Positions 47,599 to 57,032 of a DNA stretch of 64,000 bases are shown piece by piece. The DNA lies in the IMG/VR virus record IMGVR_UViG_3300046373_000049, positions 2,460 through 66,459 of that record; one strand, 5' to 3'. The first letter of the stretch is position 1, and each line of letters starts with the position of its first letter. The position numbers and the translations under genes are program-made. A model generated the notes under the pieces. That model was given only the letters and a program-made list of their open reading frames with translations, ran no database searches and was not told where the DNA came from. The stretch is from a virus.

Positions 47599-49163
47599 GC
47601 GAGCAACTTGATATGCTGTCGTCGCCAGCGATGCAACCAGTCGCTGCTGCTGTGGCGCAGGCCGTGCCAGAATTGGATGCTGAATTTTGGGATGGCTTGC
47701 GTGACTGGCAGCAGCGCTGCATCGGTGAGATACGGCAGCATATCAGGGAAGGAAAGAAGAACATCCTTATCTGCGCCCCTACCGGCGCAGGTAAGACTCG
47801 CCTCGCCTCTTACGTCATCAATGAGACAGCGCGCAAGCTGAAGCGCGCAAACTTCGTCGTCGATAGGATCAACCTGATCGACCAGACGGCAACAGAATTC
47901 GATAAGTTCCAGATCAAGTTCGGCGTCCATCAAGCAGACCACTGGAAGTTCCGCCCATGGGAGCGCGTGCAACTGTGCAGCGCACAGACCCTTGCCCGGC
48001 GCAAGTGGCCTGAAGCTGATGTCGATGTGTTCGACGAAGCGCATACGCTTTACGACACGCAGAAGAAACGCATGGCTGGCCGCACGCGCATCACGCTGGG
48101 CCTGTCCGCTACACCATTCACAAAAGAGCTGGGCTTGTACTTCGATGCGCTCGTCAACGTGACGACCACGAACGAGCTGATAGGCAAAGGTCTACTTTCC
48201 CCTTACAAGATATTCGCCGCGTCCGAACCGGACATGACTGGCGTGAAGGTAAGCGGCGGGGAGTGGGACGAAAAGGAATCATCGAAGCGCGCCCTGGAAG
48301 TGGTGGGCGATTGCGTGGCCGAGTACCTTGCGCACGGCGAGGGGAAGAAGTTCATTTGCCAAGCCGTCGATGTAGATCACGTCAAGGAATTGCACCGGCA
48401 GTTCATGGAAGCTGGCGTCATGTGCGCCACCTATACATACCTGGACAAAGACGAAGACCGCAAGGAAATCGTGGAAGAGTACCGCAAGCCCGACAGCTTC
48501 TATCGCGGCCTGATTACGGTAACGGCTGCCACCAAGGGCTTCGACGTTCCAGACATCGGCGTGCTGATTATGGCGAAGCCGTACCGCAAGTCCCTGGCCG
48601 ACGTTATCCAGTTCTTCGGGCGCGGCCTGCGCGTGTCGCCGGAAACCGGCAAGGAAGTTCTGATCGTGCTCGACCATTCCGGCAACCTGCATCGCTTCTG
48701 GAAGCAGTGGACGGAATTCTTCGAGCTGGGCGCGCAGGAGCTGGACGACGGGAAGAAATCGAAGTCCAAGGAAAAACTGCAAGACCTGGAAGATACTTCG
48801 ATGAAGTGCCCGAAGTGCAAGCACCTTCACATGGCTATGCCGAACTGCCCCAACTGCGGCTTCGAGTACCCACGGAAAACCAAGGGCGTGCAGCACAAGG
48901 CTGGCAAATTAAAAGAGGTCGCTGCTAATGGCGACCCGAAGAAAATGAACGCCGAAATCTGGCCCCAGGTTGTCACATACGCGAAAGAAAAGCGCGGACT
49001 GGAAGGCGAGAAATATGCGATGGCAATCTACAAGTCCATCACAGGCGAATGGCCGCGCTCGACATACCATGCGACCGATGGGAAGCCATTGACCGATGCG
49101 ATAAGGAAGCGCATAGTAGCGAGCCAGATTCGTTTTGCTAAAGGTAAGGCTAAAGCTAAATGA
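47595..49163 (+). CDS. superfamily 2 (DEAH) helicase with a C-terminal Zn finger
   Basis: APTGAGKT, DEAH, LSATP, GFDVPDI, QFFGRGLR, CPKC..CPNCG. Confidence 0.93.
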   Translation: MSEQLDMLSSPAMQPVAAAVAQAVPELDAEFWDGLRDWQQRCIGEIRQHIREGKKNILICAPTGAGKTRLASYVINETARKLKRANFVVDRINLIDQTATEFDKFQIKFGVHQADHWKFRPWERVQLCSAQTLARRKWPEADVDVFDEAHTLYDTQKKRMAGRTRITLGLSATPFTKELGLYFDALVNVTTTNELIGKGLLSPYKIFAASEPDMTGVKVSGGEWDEKESSKRALEVVGDCVAEYLAHGEGKKFICQAVDVDHVKELHRQFMEAGVMCATYTYLDKDEDRKEIVEEYRKPDSFYRGLITVTAATKGFDVPDIGVLIMAKPYRKSLADVIQFFGRGLRVSPETGKEVLIVLDHSGNLHRFWKQWTEFFELGAQELDDGKKSKSKEKLQDLEDTSMKCPKCKHLHMAMPNCPNCGFEYPRKTKGVQHKAGKLKEVAANGDPKKMNAEIWPQVVTYAKEKRGLEGEKYAMAIYKSITGEWPRSTYHATDGKPLTDAIRKRIVASQIRFAKGKAKAK

Positions 49164-50068
49164 GCGACTTCTTATTTGTCCTTCAGGCCAATGGCTTCAT
49201 GGTGGATTCCGTGGAGCCTGACGGCAAGTTCCATCGGTGCAAAACCGTGGAGCATCCAAAGAAAAAAAACGGGTACTACAAGCTCAACTATGATGGGCGC
49301 ATCGGGTACTATGGCGACTTTTCACGCAGCGGGGAAACGCTGACATGGAAGGCGTCCGCAGAACAGATAGAACTGCTGCCGCAGCGCAGCCAGGAAGAAA
49401 TACAGGCTCGCAAGGATGAAGAGCGCCGCGTCAAGGTGGCAGCAGTCCACGCCGCCCGCGACTACTATGCCCAGGCCAAGCCCATGCAGGGCGGCCATCC
49501 ATATCTTGAAAGCCACGGCCTTACCGTGCAGGGCTGCGATGCCGTGCGCGTGGACGGCAAGTGGATGGTCGTGCCCATGTACCGCAACGGCTCGCTCCTG
49601 TGCGTCCAGCGCATCGCTGGCGACGGCACGAAGCTGTATTGGGAGGACGCCATATCGAAGGGAACCTCGCTTGTCCTGGCTCGCCACGACAGCACGCTGA
49701 CCGTGTACTGCGAGGGCTTCGCCACCGGCCTAGCCATCTTCCAGGCCATTCCTTTATGCACCGTAGTGGTGTGCTTCACTGCCGCCAATATGCTGTTGGT
49801 CGCTACCGAGTCCAAGCCACACGGGATGACCGTTGTGTGCGCCGACAACGACGTGGCGACAGCAGAGAAATTCAGGCTCACCACGGGCATTGCGACAAAT
49901 CCGGGGCTGGAGTATGGGAAGAAGGCTGCGGACGCGCTGGGGGCCGGTTTGGCCTACCCAGTTGGCATTAAAGGCACCGACTGGTGCGACGCATTACTGG
50001 AAGGCTGGCCGAAGATGAAGGTGCGGCAGGCGATATTGAAGCAGGCCAAACCAATCTTCAAGAAATAG
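49160..50068 (+). CDS. TOPRIM DNA primase
   Basis: DGKFHR, HPYL, CEGFATG, CADND, TDWCD. Confidence 0.88.
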   Translation: MSDFLFVLQANGFMVDSVEPDGKFHRCKTVEHPKKKNGYYKLNYDGRIGYYGDFSRSGETLTWKASAEQIELLPQRSQEEIQARKDEERRVKVAAVHAARDYYAQAKPMQGGHPYLESHGLTVQGCDAVRVDGKWMVVPMYRNGSLLCVQRIAGDGTKLYWEDAISKGTSLVLARHDSTLTVYCEGFATGLAIFQAIPLCTVVVCFTAANMLLVATESKPHGMTVVCADNDVATAEKFRLTTGIATNPGLEYGKKAADALGAGLAYPVGIKGTDWCDALLEGWPKMKVRQAILKQAKPIFKK

Positions 50069-50079
50069 TTTCAAGAATT

Positions 50080-50440
50080 ACCGCAACAAGTCGGGGCCAT
50101 TAACCCAGCCCAGCCCAACTGTCGATGAAGCAGCGGCTATAAACGTGTCACAAACCGGACGACATCCGGTTTCCTTTGCGATAGGCCGTGAAAACATCGG
50201 ATGATCGAAGGTTGACTAGATATACGACTTTCATCAGGCTACCTCACCATAATGCTTCGGGTGAGGTTTGGACTTGAGGCAAAGAGAAACTGTGTTTTGA
50301 TGTTTGCGAATCATTGGCACTTCAGTGGTTCGCAAACGTCCCTTGGGACGGGGAGTTAGATCAAACACTCCGGTATGCGCCAACGCCCAGCCAGCAGTAA
50401 GACTTCGATTACAGTAGATGCGTACAGAACTGTACGCAGA
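50080..50440 (+). ncRNA. structured non-coding region (ncRNA or origin) after the primase
   Basis: nested stems with G-U pairs on the + strand; no credible ORF. Confidence 0.5.
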
Positions 50441-50521
50441 AGCGAACCAAAAAACAACAGTGAATTCATATAGAATGGTGACTCGATCAGGTAACTTATA
50501 TACCCCACAGAGGAACCAGAA

Positions 50522-50710
50522 ATGCAAGTACACGCAACGCCATTCCCAGGCTCGCCGCCTGACTGGCATTTGAACCACAAGACAAAAATGTGCAGGCACT
50601 GCAAGCGCCATCGTTCGACGAACCAGTACACGCTGGTCACGGACGACTTTTGCAAGCAGTGCTCCCTGCGCGGCTACGGCGTCAACCAACAACCGAAAGA
50701 AACCACATGA
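50522..50710 (+). CDS. small Zn-finger protein
   Basis: GAGGA RBS; CRHC..CKQC. Confidence 0.65.
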   Translation: MQVHATPFPGSPPDWHLNHKTKMCRHCKRHRSTNQYTLVTDDFCKQCSLRGYGVNQQPKETT

Positions 50711-51387
50711 GCCGCATTCATTTACTCGCAGCAGCAAAGTCCAAGCTGGGCGCAAAGAACGACATTGAATTCGGCAAGGCGCTGGGCTGCGTAAAGTCGT
50801 TCATTTCAATGATGCGCTGCGGCCAGAAAAACATCCCGGCTACCGTCTTCGACAAGATCGAAGCCGCTGGCATTCCGAAAGAAGAAATTGACCGGCTGAT
50901 GGGGCTGAATGATGACGACGGTAGCGAACCCGTGCAACCTGTGCCTGTCGTACAGCGGCATGCACCACATGAAGAACCAGTGCTGCCAAGTGCGGTATCT
51001 GGCGGCGATGCCGAAGCTGCACCGGCAACTGCATTACGAGTCGAAGGTGAAGGAGCTGGGGAAGGAAGCGGTCAACGACCTGATGTTGCTGGTCAACCAG
51101 GAGCTGAAGCGGAAGCGGACGTACCTGGAGCTGCTAAAACTGCGCGGCGGAAACGGAACGACCTGAGCAGCATCGTCCTGCGCGAAGGCTCGATCTACTA
51201 TCCGAAGAAGGACAGCAAGCACACGCATCGGCGCATCACCGGCCTGACGCGCAACGGCAAGGCCAGCTATGTCCTGTATTCCATCGGCAGCGACACGATC
51301 CACTGCTGCGAGCGCCGCACGTTCCTGGCCTGGATGGACTTGGCGAAGATCGACAAGCCACAGCCATCGGCAGGGAGCCTTACATGA
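50707..51387 (+). CDS. HTH protein fused through an overprinted linker to a second domain
   Basis: NDIEFGKALGCVKSFISMMRCG; the middle part is low-complexity and overlaps 50909..51166. Confidence 0.65.
   Translation: MSRIHLLAAAKSKLGAKNDIEFGKALGCVKSFISMMRCGQKNIPATVFDKIEAAGIPKEEIDRLMGLNDDDGSEPVQPVPVVQRHAPHEEPVLPSAVSGGDAEAAPATALRVEGEGAGEGSGQRPDVAGQPGAEAEADVPGAAKTARRKRNDLSSIVLREGSIYYPKKDSKHTHRRITGLTRNGKASYVLYSIGSDTIHCCERRTFLAWMDLAKIDKPQPSAGSLT
50909..51166 (+). CDS. nested +1-frame gene (85 aa, Cys-rich)
   Basis: CNLC..CCQVRYL; codons overwhelmingly end in G/C. Confidence 0.7.
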   Translation: MMTTVANPCNLCLSYSGMHHMKNQCCQVRYLAAMPKLHRQLHYESKVKELGKEAVNDLMLLVNQELKRKRTYLELLKLRGGNGTT

Positions 51388-51611
51388 CCTACAAGTACAA
51401 CGCCATCAGCTTGTTGTTTATGATGCCACCAGCTTTCTTCAACTTGTGCGCACGGTACATCATGGAAGGCCGCGATCAGTCCATAGAAATGGATGCGAAT
51501 TACTGCCTTGATGCGCCGAACTACATGCCAGCAGGCGGCTGCCAAGCGTTTGAAGCCTTTGGCCGTAAAGGTGCGAATTTCGCAGAACAGATCGAGGTGA
51601 CACGACCATGA
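51384..51611 (+). CDS. hypothetical protein
   Basis: ATGA-coupled at both ends. Confidence 0.55.
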   Translation: MTYKYNAISLLFMMPPAFFNLCARYIMEGRDQSIEMDANYCLDAPNYMPAGGCQAFEAFGRKGANFAEQIEVTRP

Positions 51612-51886
51612 ACCATCCAGACGAGTATTACCTGCAAGACAGCCGCACCATCTGCGGCAACGACATGATGTTCCACGGGATCATCGGCGGCTACACGAGC
51701 GACTTGAATAAGGCCCGCGTTTTCACACGCGAGAAAGCGTTCAAGTACCACGCGCAGCGCGACACGGACATCCCGTGGCCGAAATCCTACATCGACAGCA
51801 AGTCCCGCCCGGCTGTCGATTTCCAGTACGTGAATGCTGATGAAGCGGCGGCCAGCTTGAAACCCATCCTCAACTCTATCAAATAA
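51608..51886 (+). CDS. conserved phage protein
   Basis: YYLQDSR..GND..GYTSDL.KA..DIPWPKSYID. Confidence 0.75.
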   Translation: MNHPDEYYLQDSRTICGNDMMFHGIIGGYTSDLNKARVFTREKAFKYHAQRDTDIPWPKSYIDSKSRPAVDFQYVNADEAAASLKPILNSIK

Positions 51887-51898
51887 CGGGATCACATC

Positions 51899-52720
51899 AT
51901 GACCATCGACACATCATTTACAGAAACCTTCGGCGGCTGTGGCCTGCCTGAATGCTTGCAAAAATATTTCCAGGCTAAATTTACGAATGGCTTGGCAGTG
52001 CATGACAGCTATCAACGAATCGTTGAAGCCATCCACGCACACGGCATGGAAATGGCGACGAAATCTGGTGCGGAACAGTCGGCCCGCATCCGCGTCCTGG
52101 AAGCCGAGCGCGACAACGAACAGCAGCGCTACGAAATCCTGCAACGCGAGAACAACCATCTTCAGCACAAGCTGACGGCAGCGCAGCGCATCGTCGATCA
52201 AGGCTATCCAGATTTCACCGAATGGCAGCCGACGCCAGCGGGCGTGAATGCTTTGCCGGAACTGATCCGCCAGTATGTGTGCGGCCTGCAAACCATGGCC
52301 GACCCTTCCGGCACCGTGGCAGAAAACACGCTGCTGCGTGACCAGACGACCATGCTGGATGCCATGATTGGCCGCCTGAAGAACGATCTGGAAATAGCCA
52401 AGGCTGCACAGGTCATCACGCAGCACGAGCTTGCCCGCGCCGAAGCCAAGGCCGCCGAAGTCATCGCTTATAGCAACGAGCGCGACGACTACGAGCGTTT
52501 GCTCATGAAGACCAATGCCGAGCTGACGAAGGAAGTCAGCGCCGCCCACTTCGCCACGGTAAAGGCCCAGGACGAGCTGGCCCGCATCACGCAGATCAAC
52601 GACAACACGTCCGAGAAACTGGAAGCCTGCCGCGACGACTCGAACACGCTGCGCCGCCGCTTCGTCGCAGCCCAGCAGGAGCTGGAAACGCTGCGCACTA
52701 TTACGGGCACGCAGTCGTGA
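51899..52720 (+). CDS. coiled-coil hypothetical protein
   Basis: 273 aa, heptad-rich. Confidence 0.7.
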   Translation: MTIDTSFTETFGGCGLPECLQKYFQAKFTNGLAVHDSYQRIVEAIHAHGMEMATKSGAEQSARIRVLEAERDNEQQRYEILQRENNHLQHKLTAAQRIVDQGYPDFTEWQPTPAGVNALPELIRQYVCGLQTMADPSGTVAENTLLRDQTTMLDAMIGRLKNDLEIAKAAQVITQHELARAEAKAAEVIAYSNERDDYERLLMKTNAELTKEVSAAHFATVKAQDELARITQINDNTSEKLEACRDDSNTLRRRFVAAQQELETLRTITGTQS

Positions 52721-52920
52721 GCGAGCACTCGAAAAAGCTGGATGTGGGGGCGCGTGTCGTCACCACGTTTTCCGGCAAGATCACGCTGCACCACATCACC
52801 AAAAAATACATCACGCCGCACTGCCAAAGTGGCGTGATGTTTGAAGTCGATCCACCAGTGCCTAAGTCCAGCGGCGGCGACGCCAGGATTGATGCAGGGT
52901 GGTTCCAGGAGTGGAAATGA
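52717..52920 (+). CDS. hypothetical protein
   Basis: GTGA overlap; CQSGV..IDAGWF. Confidence 0.6.
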   Translation: MSEHSKKLDVGARVVTTFSGKITLHHITKKYITPHCQSGVMFEVDPPVPKSSGGDARIDAGWFQEWK

Positions 52921-53372
52921 CGAACGCTATCCGATGGACAGATGAAATGCTGGCCGCCTATGAAAAGCGCCTTGGTCGCAAGCTGAATACGCCAGCCGCC
53001 AGGGCTGAAGCCGAAGCCGGAAAACCGGCATCGAAGCCTGCGGCCAGCAAGTACCACAACGTCAAGGTGGCGACGGCTGATGGCGTCTTCGACTCCAAGC
53101 GCGAGGCCGAGCGCTGGAAGCACCTGAAGGAAGGTGAAGCACTGGGCTTCATCACGAACCTGATCCGGCAAGTCACGTTCGAGCTGGCCCCGAAGGTCAA
53201 GCAGGAAGGTAGCGCACGGGCCACGCCAGCCATGCGCTACAAGGCGGACTTCATCTACGTCGAGCACGGCCAGCTCGTCGTCGAAGACGTGAAGGGGATG
53301 AAGACCCGCACCTACCTGATGAAGAAGCACCTGATGGCGACCATCCACGGCATCACGATCAAGGAGACATAA
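52917..53372 (+). CDS. DUF1064 family putative endonuclease
   Basis: SKYHNVK..DG.FDSKREA, YKADFIY, VVEDVKG.KT..Y..KK.LM. Confidence 0.9.
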   Translation: MTNAIRWTDEMLAAYEKRLGRKLNTPAARAEAEAGKPASKPAASKYHNVKVATADGVFDSKREAERWKHLKEGEALGFITNLIRQVTFELAPKVKQEGSARATPAMRYKADFIYVEHGQLVVEDVKGMKTRTYLMKKHLMATIHGITIKET

Positions 53373-53725
53373 TGACGAAGCCCATCCCGCCGCTGCTGCA
53401 CAACTTCCCGCCTGAAGAAGAGGTATCGAAGGAAGAGGTGCTTGCATTCATGAAGCGCAACATTGGCACATTCTTTTCCAGTAACCAGATCGGCCTGAAG
53501 TTCGGCCTGGGGAAGAACGCGGCCCGCAAGCGCCTGGAGCTGCTGACCGAAGAAGGTGAAATCGAGCGCAGCATGGACAAGCGGCTTGTCAGCTACTTCG
53601 TCCCGGCGCCCGCTGGCAGCATCGGCCTGTCACGCGAGCACAACATCGACAAGCCGTTGTCCGAAGACTACAAGCGCCGGATGGGCAACATGTACGAGCT
53701 GATCGAAGAGCGCCGCCTGAAGTAA
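53372..53725 (+). CDS. winged-HTH protein
   Basis: SSNQIGLKFGLGKNAARKRLELLTEEGEI. Confidence 0.7.
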   Translation: MTKPIPPLLHNFPPEEEVSKEEVLAFMKRNIGTFFSSNQIGLKFGLGKNAARKRLELLTEEGEIERSMDKRLVSYFVPAPAGSIGLSREHNIDKPLSEDYKRRMGNMYELIEERRLK

Positions 53726-53797
53726 GTATTTTGCGAAGTCAAGTATTGATTTATACTGCAAGCTGAAAAGCCGCATCAACCTCACGAGGTCTATATC

Positions 53798-53911
53798 ATG
53801 GCAACGAAACCGAAGGCACCGCCACCAGTCCAGATTCCGTACACGCCGAGCGAGGCCGATATTCTGCGCCAGCTTGGCTTCGGCATGAAGGACGATGGCC
53901 GGGGCCGGTAA
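53798..53911 (+). CDS. 37-aa peptide
   Basis: GAGGT RBS; MATKPKAPPPVQIPYTPSEADILRQLGFGMKDDGRGR; upstream TATACT -10 box. Confidence 0.45.
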   Translation: MATKPKAPPPVQIPYTPSEADILRQLGFGMKDDGRGR

Positions 53912-53954
53912 TGAGTCTCCTTCGTCGGGGGCGTTGACACCTCCCGGCGCTTTA

Positions 53955-53985
53955 CCCTGGCGCTACTCACGCCAGGGATTTTTTT
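53955..53985 (+). terminator. intrinsic terminator
   Basis: CCCTGGCG-CTACTCA-CGCCAGGG followed by ATTTTTTT. Confidence 0.8.
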
Positions 53986-54005
53986 ATTAACTTGGAGTAA
54001 CTATT

Positions 54006-54425
54006 ATGGCACTCAATACCCAGCTCGCAAACGCGACAGTCAACGCACAGGCAGATGCACTGGCTACGCTGCTGAATAGCGGATACTTGCGCATCTACAG
54101 CGGCACGCAGCCCGCCACGGCTGACACGGCCCTGTCGGGCAACACACTGCTGGCCGAGCTGCGCTTCAACGCCACGGCGGCGCCTGCTGCATCTGGCGGC
54201 CTGCTGACGTTCAACGCCATCACGTCCGATTCGTCGGCGGATGCGAGCGGCACGGCTACCTTCTTCCGCGCATTCAAGTCGGACGGAACCACTGTTGTCC
54301 TGGATGGCAACGTCGGCACCTCGTCCGCAAACTTGGTCATTTCGACCACGACCATCACGGCGACTCAGGTTGTCTCGTGCTCGTCCTTCACGCATGACGT
54401 GTTGAACGCCAGCACCGGCCTGTAA
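54006..54425 (+). CDS. virion fibre subunit-like protein, paralog of 20233..21003
   Basis: LRIYSGTQPATAD..NTLLAEL, ASGTATFFR, LDGNVGTSSANL; GGAG RBS. Confidence 0.7.
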   Translation: MALNTQLANATVNAQADALATLLNSGYLRIYSGTQPATADTALSGNTLLAELRFNATAAPAASGGLLTFNAITSDSSADASGTATFFRAFKSDGTTVVLDGNVGTSSANLVISTTTITATQVVSCSSFTHDVLNASTGL

Positions 54426-54436
54426 GGTAGAGCGCC

Positions 54437-54808
54437 ATGACCCTCCAGATTGCCGACCGCGTGAAGGAAACGACGACGACCACGGGAACCGGCTCACTTA
54501 CCGTGGCCGGGGCCATGACCGGCTTTCGCGCTTTCTCGTCGGTATGCAGCACGGGAGACACGTTCTACTATGGCGTGCAGGCTGTGGATGGCAGCGGCGT
54601 GCCGACTGGCGATTGGGAAGTCGGCTTCGGCACGTACAGCGGCGCCAACACGCTGGCCCGCACGACCATCCTCTCTTCCAGTAATGCTAATGCCGCCGTC
54701 AGCTTCGCCGCTGGCACGAAGCAGGTATGGATTGACTTGGCAGCCGCCCAGCTCAACGCCATCCCAGCCGCCGACTATGTTTCATATACCTTCGCAGGGG
54801 GTCTTTAA
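54437..54808 (+). CDS. fibre-associated protein
   Basis: ADRVKETTTTTGTG..GFRAF..WEVG.GT..SSSN..FAAGTKQV, a motif set common at phage fibre N-termini. Confidence 0.7.
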   Translation: MTLQIADRVKETTTTTGTGSLTVAGAMTGFRAFSSVCSTGDTFYYGVQAVDGSGVPTGDWEVGFGTYSGANTLARTTILSSSNANAAVSFAAGTKQVWIDLAAAQLNAIPAADYVSYTFAGGL

Positions 54809-54810
54809 TC

Positions 54811-55227
54811 ATGCCTACCGCTACTCCAATTTTTCCGCAGACCGTCAAGAACTTCGTGGCGCAGGTTTTGCCAGCAGATGCTTCCGGCAAGAAAACCCTC
54901 GTCACTGGCGCCGCCAATGGCACGAAGGTTGAAGCCATCCTCGTGACATCGACCGACACAACCGCCCGCGACCTTCAACTGATTATGACGGTCAGCGCTG
55001 TCGATTACATCCTGGCCACGGTTTCGATCCCGATTACGGCTGGCTTCATCAACAGCGTGCCAGCAGTGGACATCATGCGCAATGCGCAATGGCCGGGCTT
55101 GGCCTACGATGCGAACGGCAACAAGGTGCTGTATGTCGCCAATGGCGCCGTCCTGAGCGTGAAAACCCTGACAACCGTTACCGCTGCCAAAGAAGTCGAT
55201 GTCTTTGGCTACGGCGCGGACTTCTGA
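54811..55227 (+). CDS. beta-rich structural protein
   Basis: TPIFPQT..TGAANG..YGADF. Confidence 0.65.
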   Translation: MPTATPIFPQTVKNFVAQVLPADASGKKTLVTGAANGTKVEAILVTSTDTTARDLQLIMTVSAVDYILATVSIPITAGFINSVPAVDIMRNAQWPGLAYDANGNKVLYVANGAVLSVKTLTTVTAAKEVDVFGYGADF

Positions 55228-55229
55228 TT

Positions 55230-56261
55230 ATGTTTGGCGAAATCGGACAGCGCCTGAAGGGCGGGCTGCAATATCTACTCGTCACGTTCCTGGGCACGAC
55301 GGTTAATTTCCGTGTGCATCACGGCCAGGACTTGACGATCCAGGCGGGCGACGCCATTGCGGCTGGCACGGGCAGCACGGGCCGCACCTTGACAATCAAG
55401 GGCGGCCAAGCCACGTCAGCGAATGGCGTCAATACTGCAACAGGCGGCGCCGTGGCGATTGTTGGCGGCGATCCTCCTGCGCTGTTTGGCTCCAATGGCG
55501 GCGGCCCTGGCGGCGCAGTCAATATCACAGGCGGCGCTGGTCTTGGTGGCGCTGTCGGGAATGGCGGCACCGTTACTATCACGGGCGGCGCTGGCACGGG
55601 CGGCAACAACGCTGGCAACGTTGTTATTACGAACGGCGCGGGCGGCTCGCCCACCATCCAGATCATCGGCGCGGCAGGTACTGCTGGCGCTATCACGATA
55701 AAGTCAGGCTCCAGCGGCGGCGCGGCTGGCGGCGCGCTGACCATTCAATCCGGCGACGGCACCAGCTTGAACGCAGGCGGCGCCATGATCCTGCGCCCAG
55801 GCGACTCCAGCAATGAAGTCGGCCAGCATCTACAGCTTCAAGGCGCAGCAGCAAGCGGTGGCAACCGCCTGGGCGGCCATGTGAAATTGCAAGGCGGCGC
55901 CGCTTCTGGCACTGGCGGATCGGGATGCGTCATTACGTTGACGCCGACAGCGGATCAGGCTTACTCGAAGCAGGTTCCCACGACTGGCTTTTCCATCACC
56001 ATCGCCAACAACATCCGCACGCTGATCCTCGACCCGGCTGGCACGCTGGCGACTGGAACCATCACGATGCCAGCGACGGCGACTGATGGGCAGAGCGTCC
56101 GCATCACTTCGACGCAGATCATCACGGCGCTTACCGTGTCGGCAAATGCAGGCCAGTCCATCACGAACGCGCCAACAGCATTCAACCCGAACCTGACCGG
56201 CGCGCAAGGCTATGAATTCATCTATGTCGCTTCCAATACGACGTGGTATCGCTTGCAATAA
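55230..56261 (+). CDS. glycine-rich fibre or receptor-binding protein
   Basis: repeated GGxVxIxGG turns; C-terminal domain PAGTLATGTITMP..WYRL. Confidence 0.7.
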   Translation: MFGEIGQRLKGGLQYLLVTFLGTTVNFRVHHGQDLTIQAGDAIAAGTGSTGRTLTIKGGQATSANGVNTATGGAVAIVGGDPPALFGSNGGGPGGAVNITGGAGLGGAVGNGGTVTITGGAGTGGNNAGNVVITNGAGGSPTIQIIGAAGTAGAITIKSGSSGGAAGGALTIQSGDGTSLNAGGAMILRPGDSSNEVGQHLQLQGAAASGGNRLGGHVKLQGGAASGTGGSGCVITLTPTADQAYSKQVPTTGFSITIANNIRTLILDPAGTLATGTITMPATATDGQSVRITSTQIITALTVSANAGQSITNAPTAFNPNLTGAQGYEFIYVASNTTWYRLQ

Positions 56262-56276
56262 CAACCGGGGCATATC

Positions 56277-57032
56277 ATGGCGCTTGGCTTCGGCTCAATC
56301 TCAGAAGTAGCGATTGTTTCCCAGCGTGATGCTGGGGCTTCTGGCGTTACCTCGACAGGTGCGACATCGCAGGCGCAGACGGCAGCCGCATCAGCAGCCA
56401 TCAGCGCTGACGCAACAGCATCGACCAGCCAAGCGCAGACCGCAGCAGCTTCGGCAGCCATCAGCGTATCGGCTGCCACTTCAACGTCGCAAGCGCAAAG
56501 CACGGCTGCCACGGCAGACATCGCCACGTCGGCAAGCGCAACGACATCCCAGGCACAAACGACGGAAGCCACCGCAGCCATCAGCGTAGCAGCAGGCGTC
56601 ACAACGTCGCAGGCGCAATCTGTTGCCGCAGTAGCCGACGCATCCTTTAGTGCTACTGTAGCGACATCGCAGGCGCAGACCGCTGCGGCTACTGGCGGAA
56701 TCAGCACTTCAGCAATAGTTGCCACAAGCCAAGCCCAATCTAACGCGATTACAGGGGCCATAGAGGCGTCCGCAGCCATCCAGGTAGCGCAGGCGCAGAC
56801 AACCTCCGCAAACGCCAGCGTGGCATCATCCGGCGCGGCAGCGACGTATCAGGCGCAAACTTGCAGCGCCGTAGGCGATGTCCAGACGGTTGTTGGCACT
56901 GGCGCCTTATCGTGCAGCATCAGGGTATCCCCAGCCGTGGCGCTCCAGGCTCGCACCTGGAAGGCGACCACGATGGAATTTTCTTTACGTGCTGCCGTCA
57001 AGGGGCGAACCGATGTGAGGCCCAATCCATGA
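56277..57032 (+). CDS. Ala/Ser/Thr-rich protein with nine 20-aa repeats
   Basis: MALGFGSISE N-terminus; (T/S)SQAQ(T/S) core every 20 residues. Confidence 0.75.
   Translation: MALGFGSISEVAIVSQRDAGASGVTSTGATSQAQTAAASAAISADATASTSQAQTAAASAAISVSAATSTSQAQSTAATADIATSASATTSQAQTTEATAAISVAAGVTTSQAQSVAAVADASFSATVATSQAQTAAATGGISTSAIVATSQAQSNAITGAIEASAAIQVAQAQTTSANASVASSGAAATYQAQTCSAVGDVQTVVGTGALSCSIRVSPAVALQARTWKATTMEFSLRAAVKGRTDVRPNP
56350..56890 (+). repeat. nine degenerate 60-bp coding repeats
   Basis: CA(G/A)GC(G/A/C)CA(G/A) core recurring every 60 nt. Confidence 0.75.
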
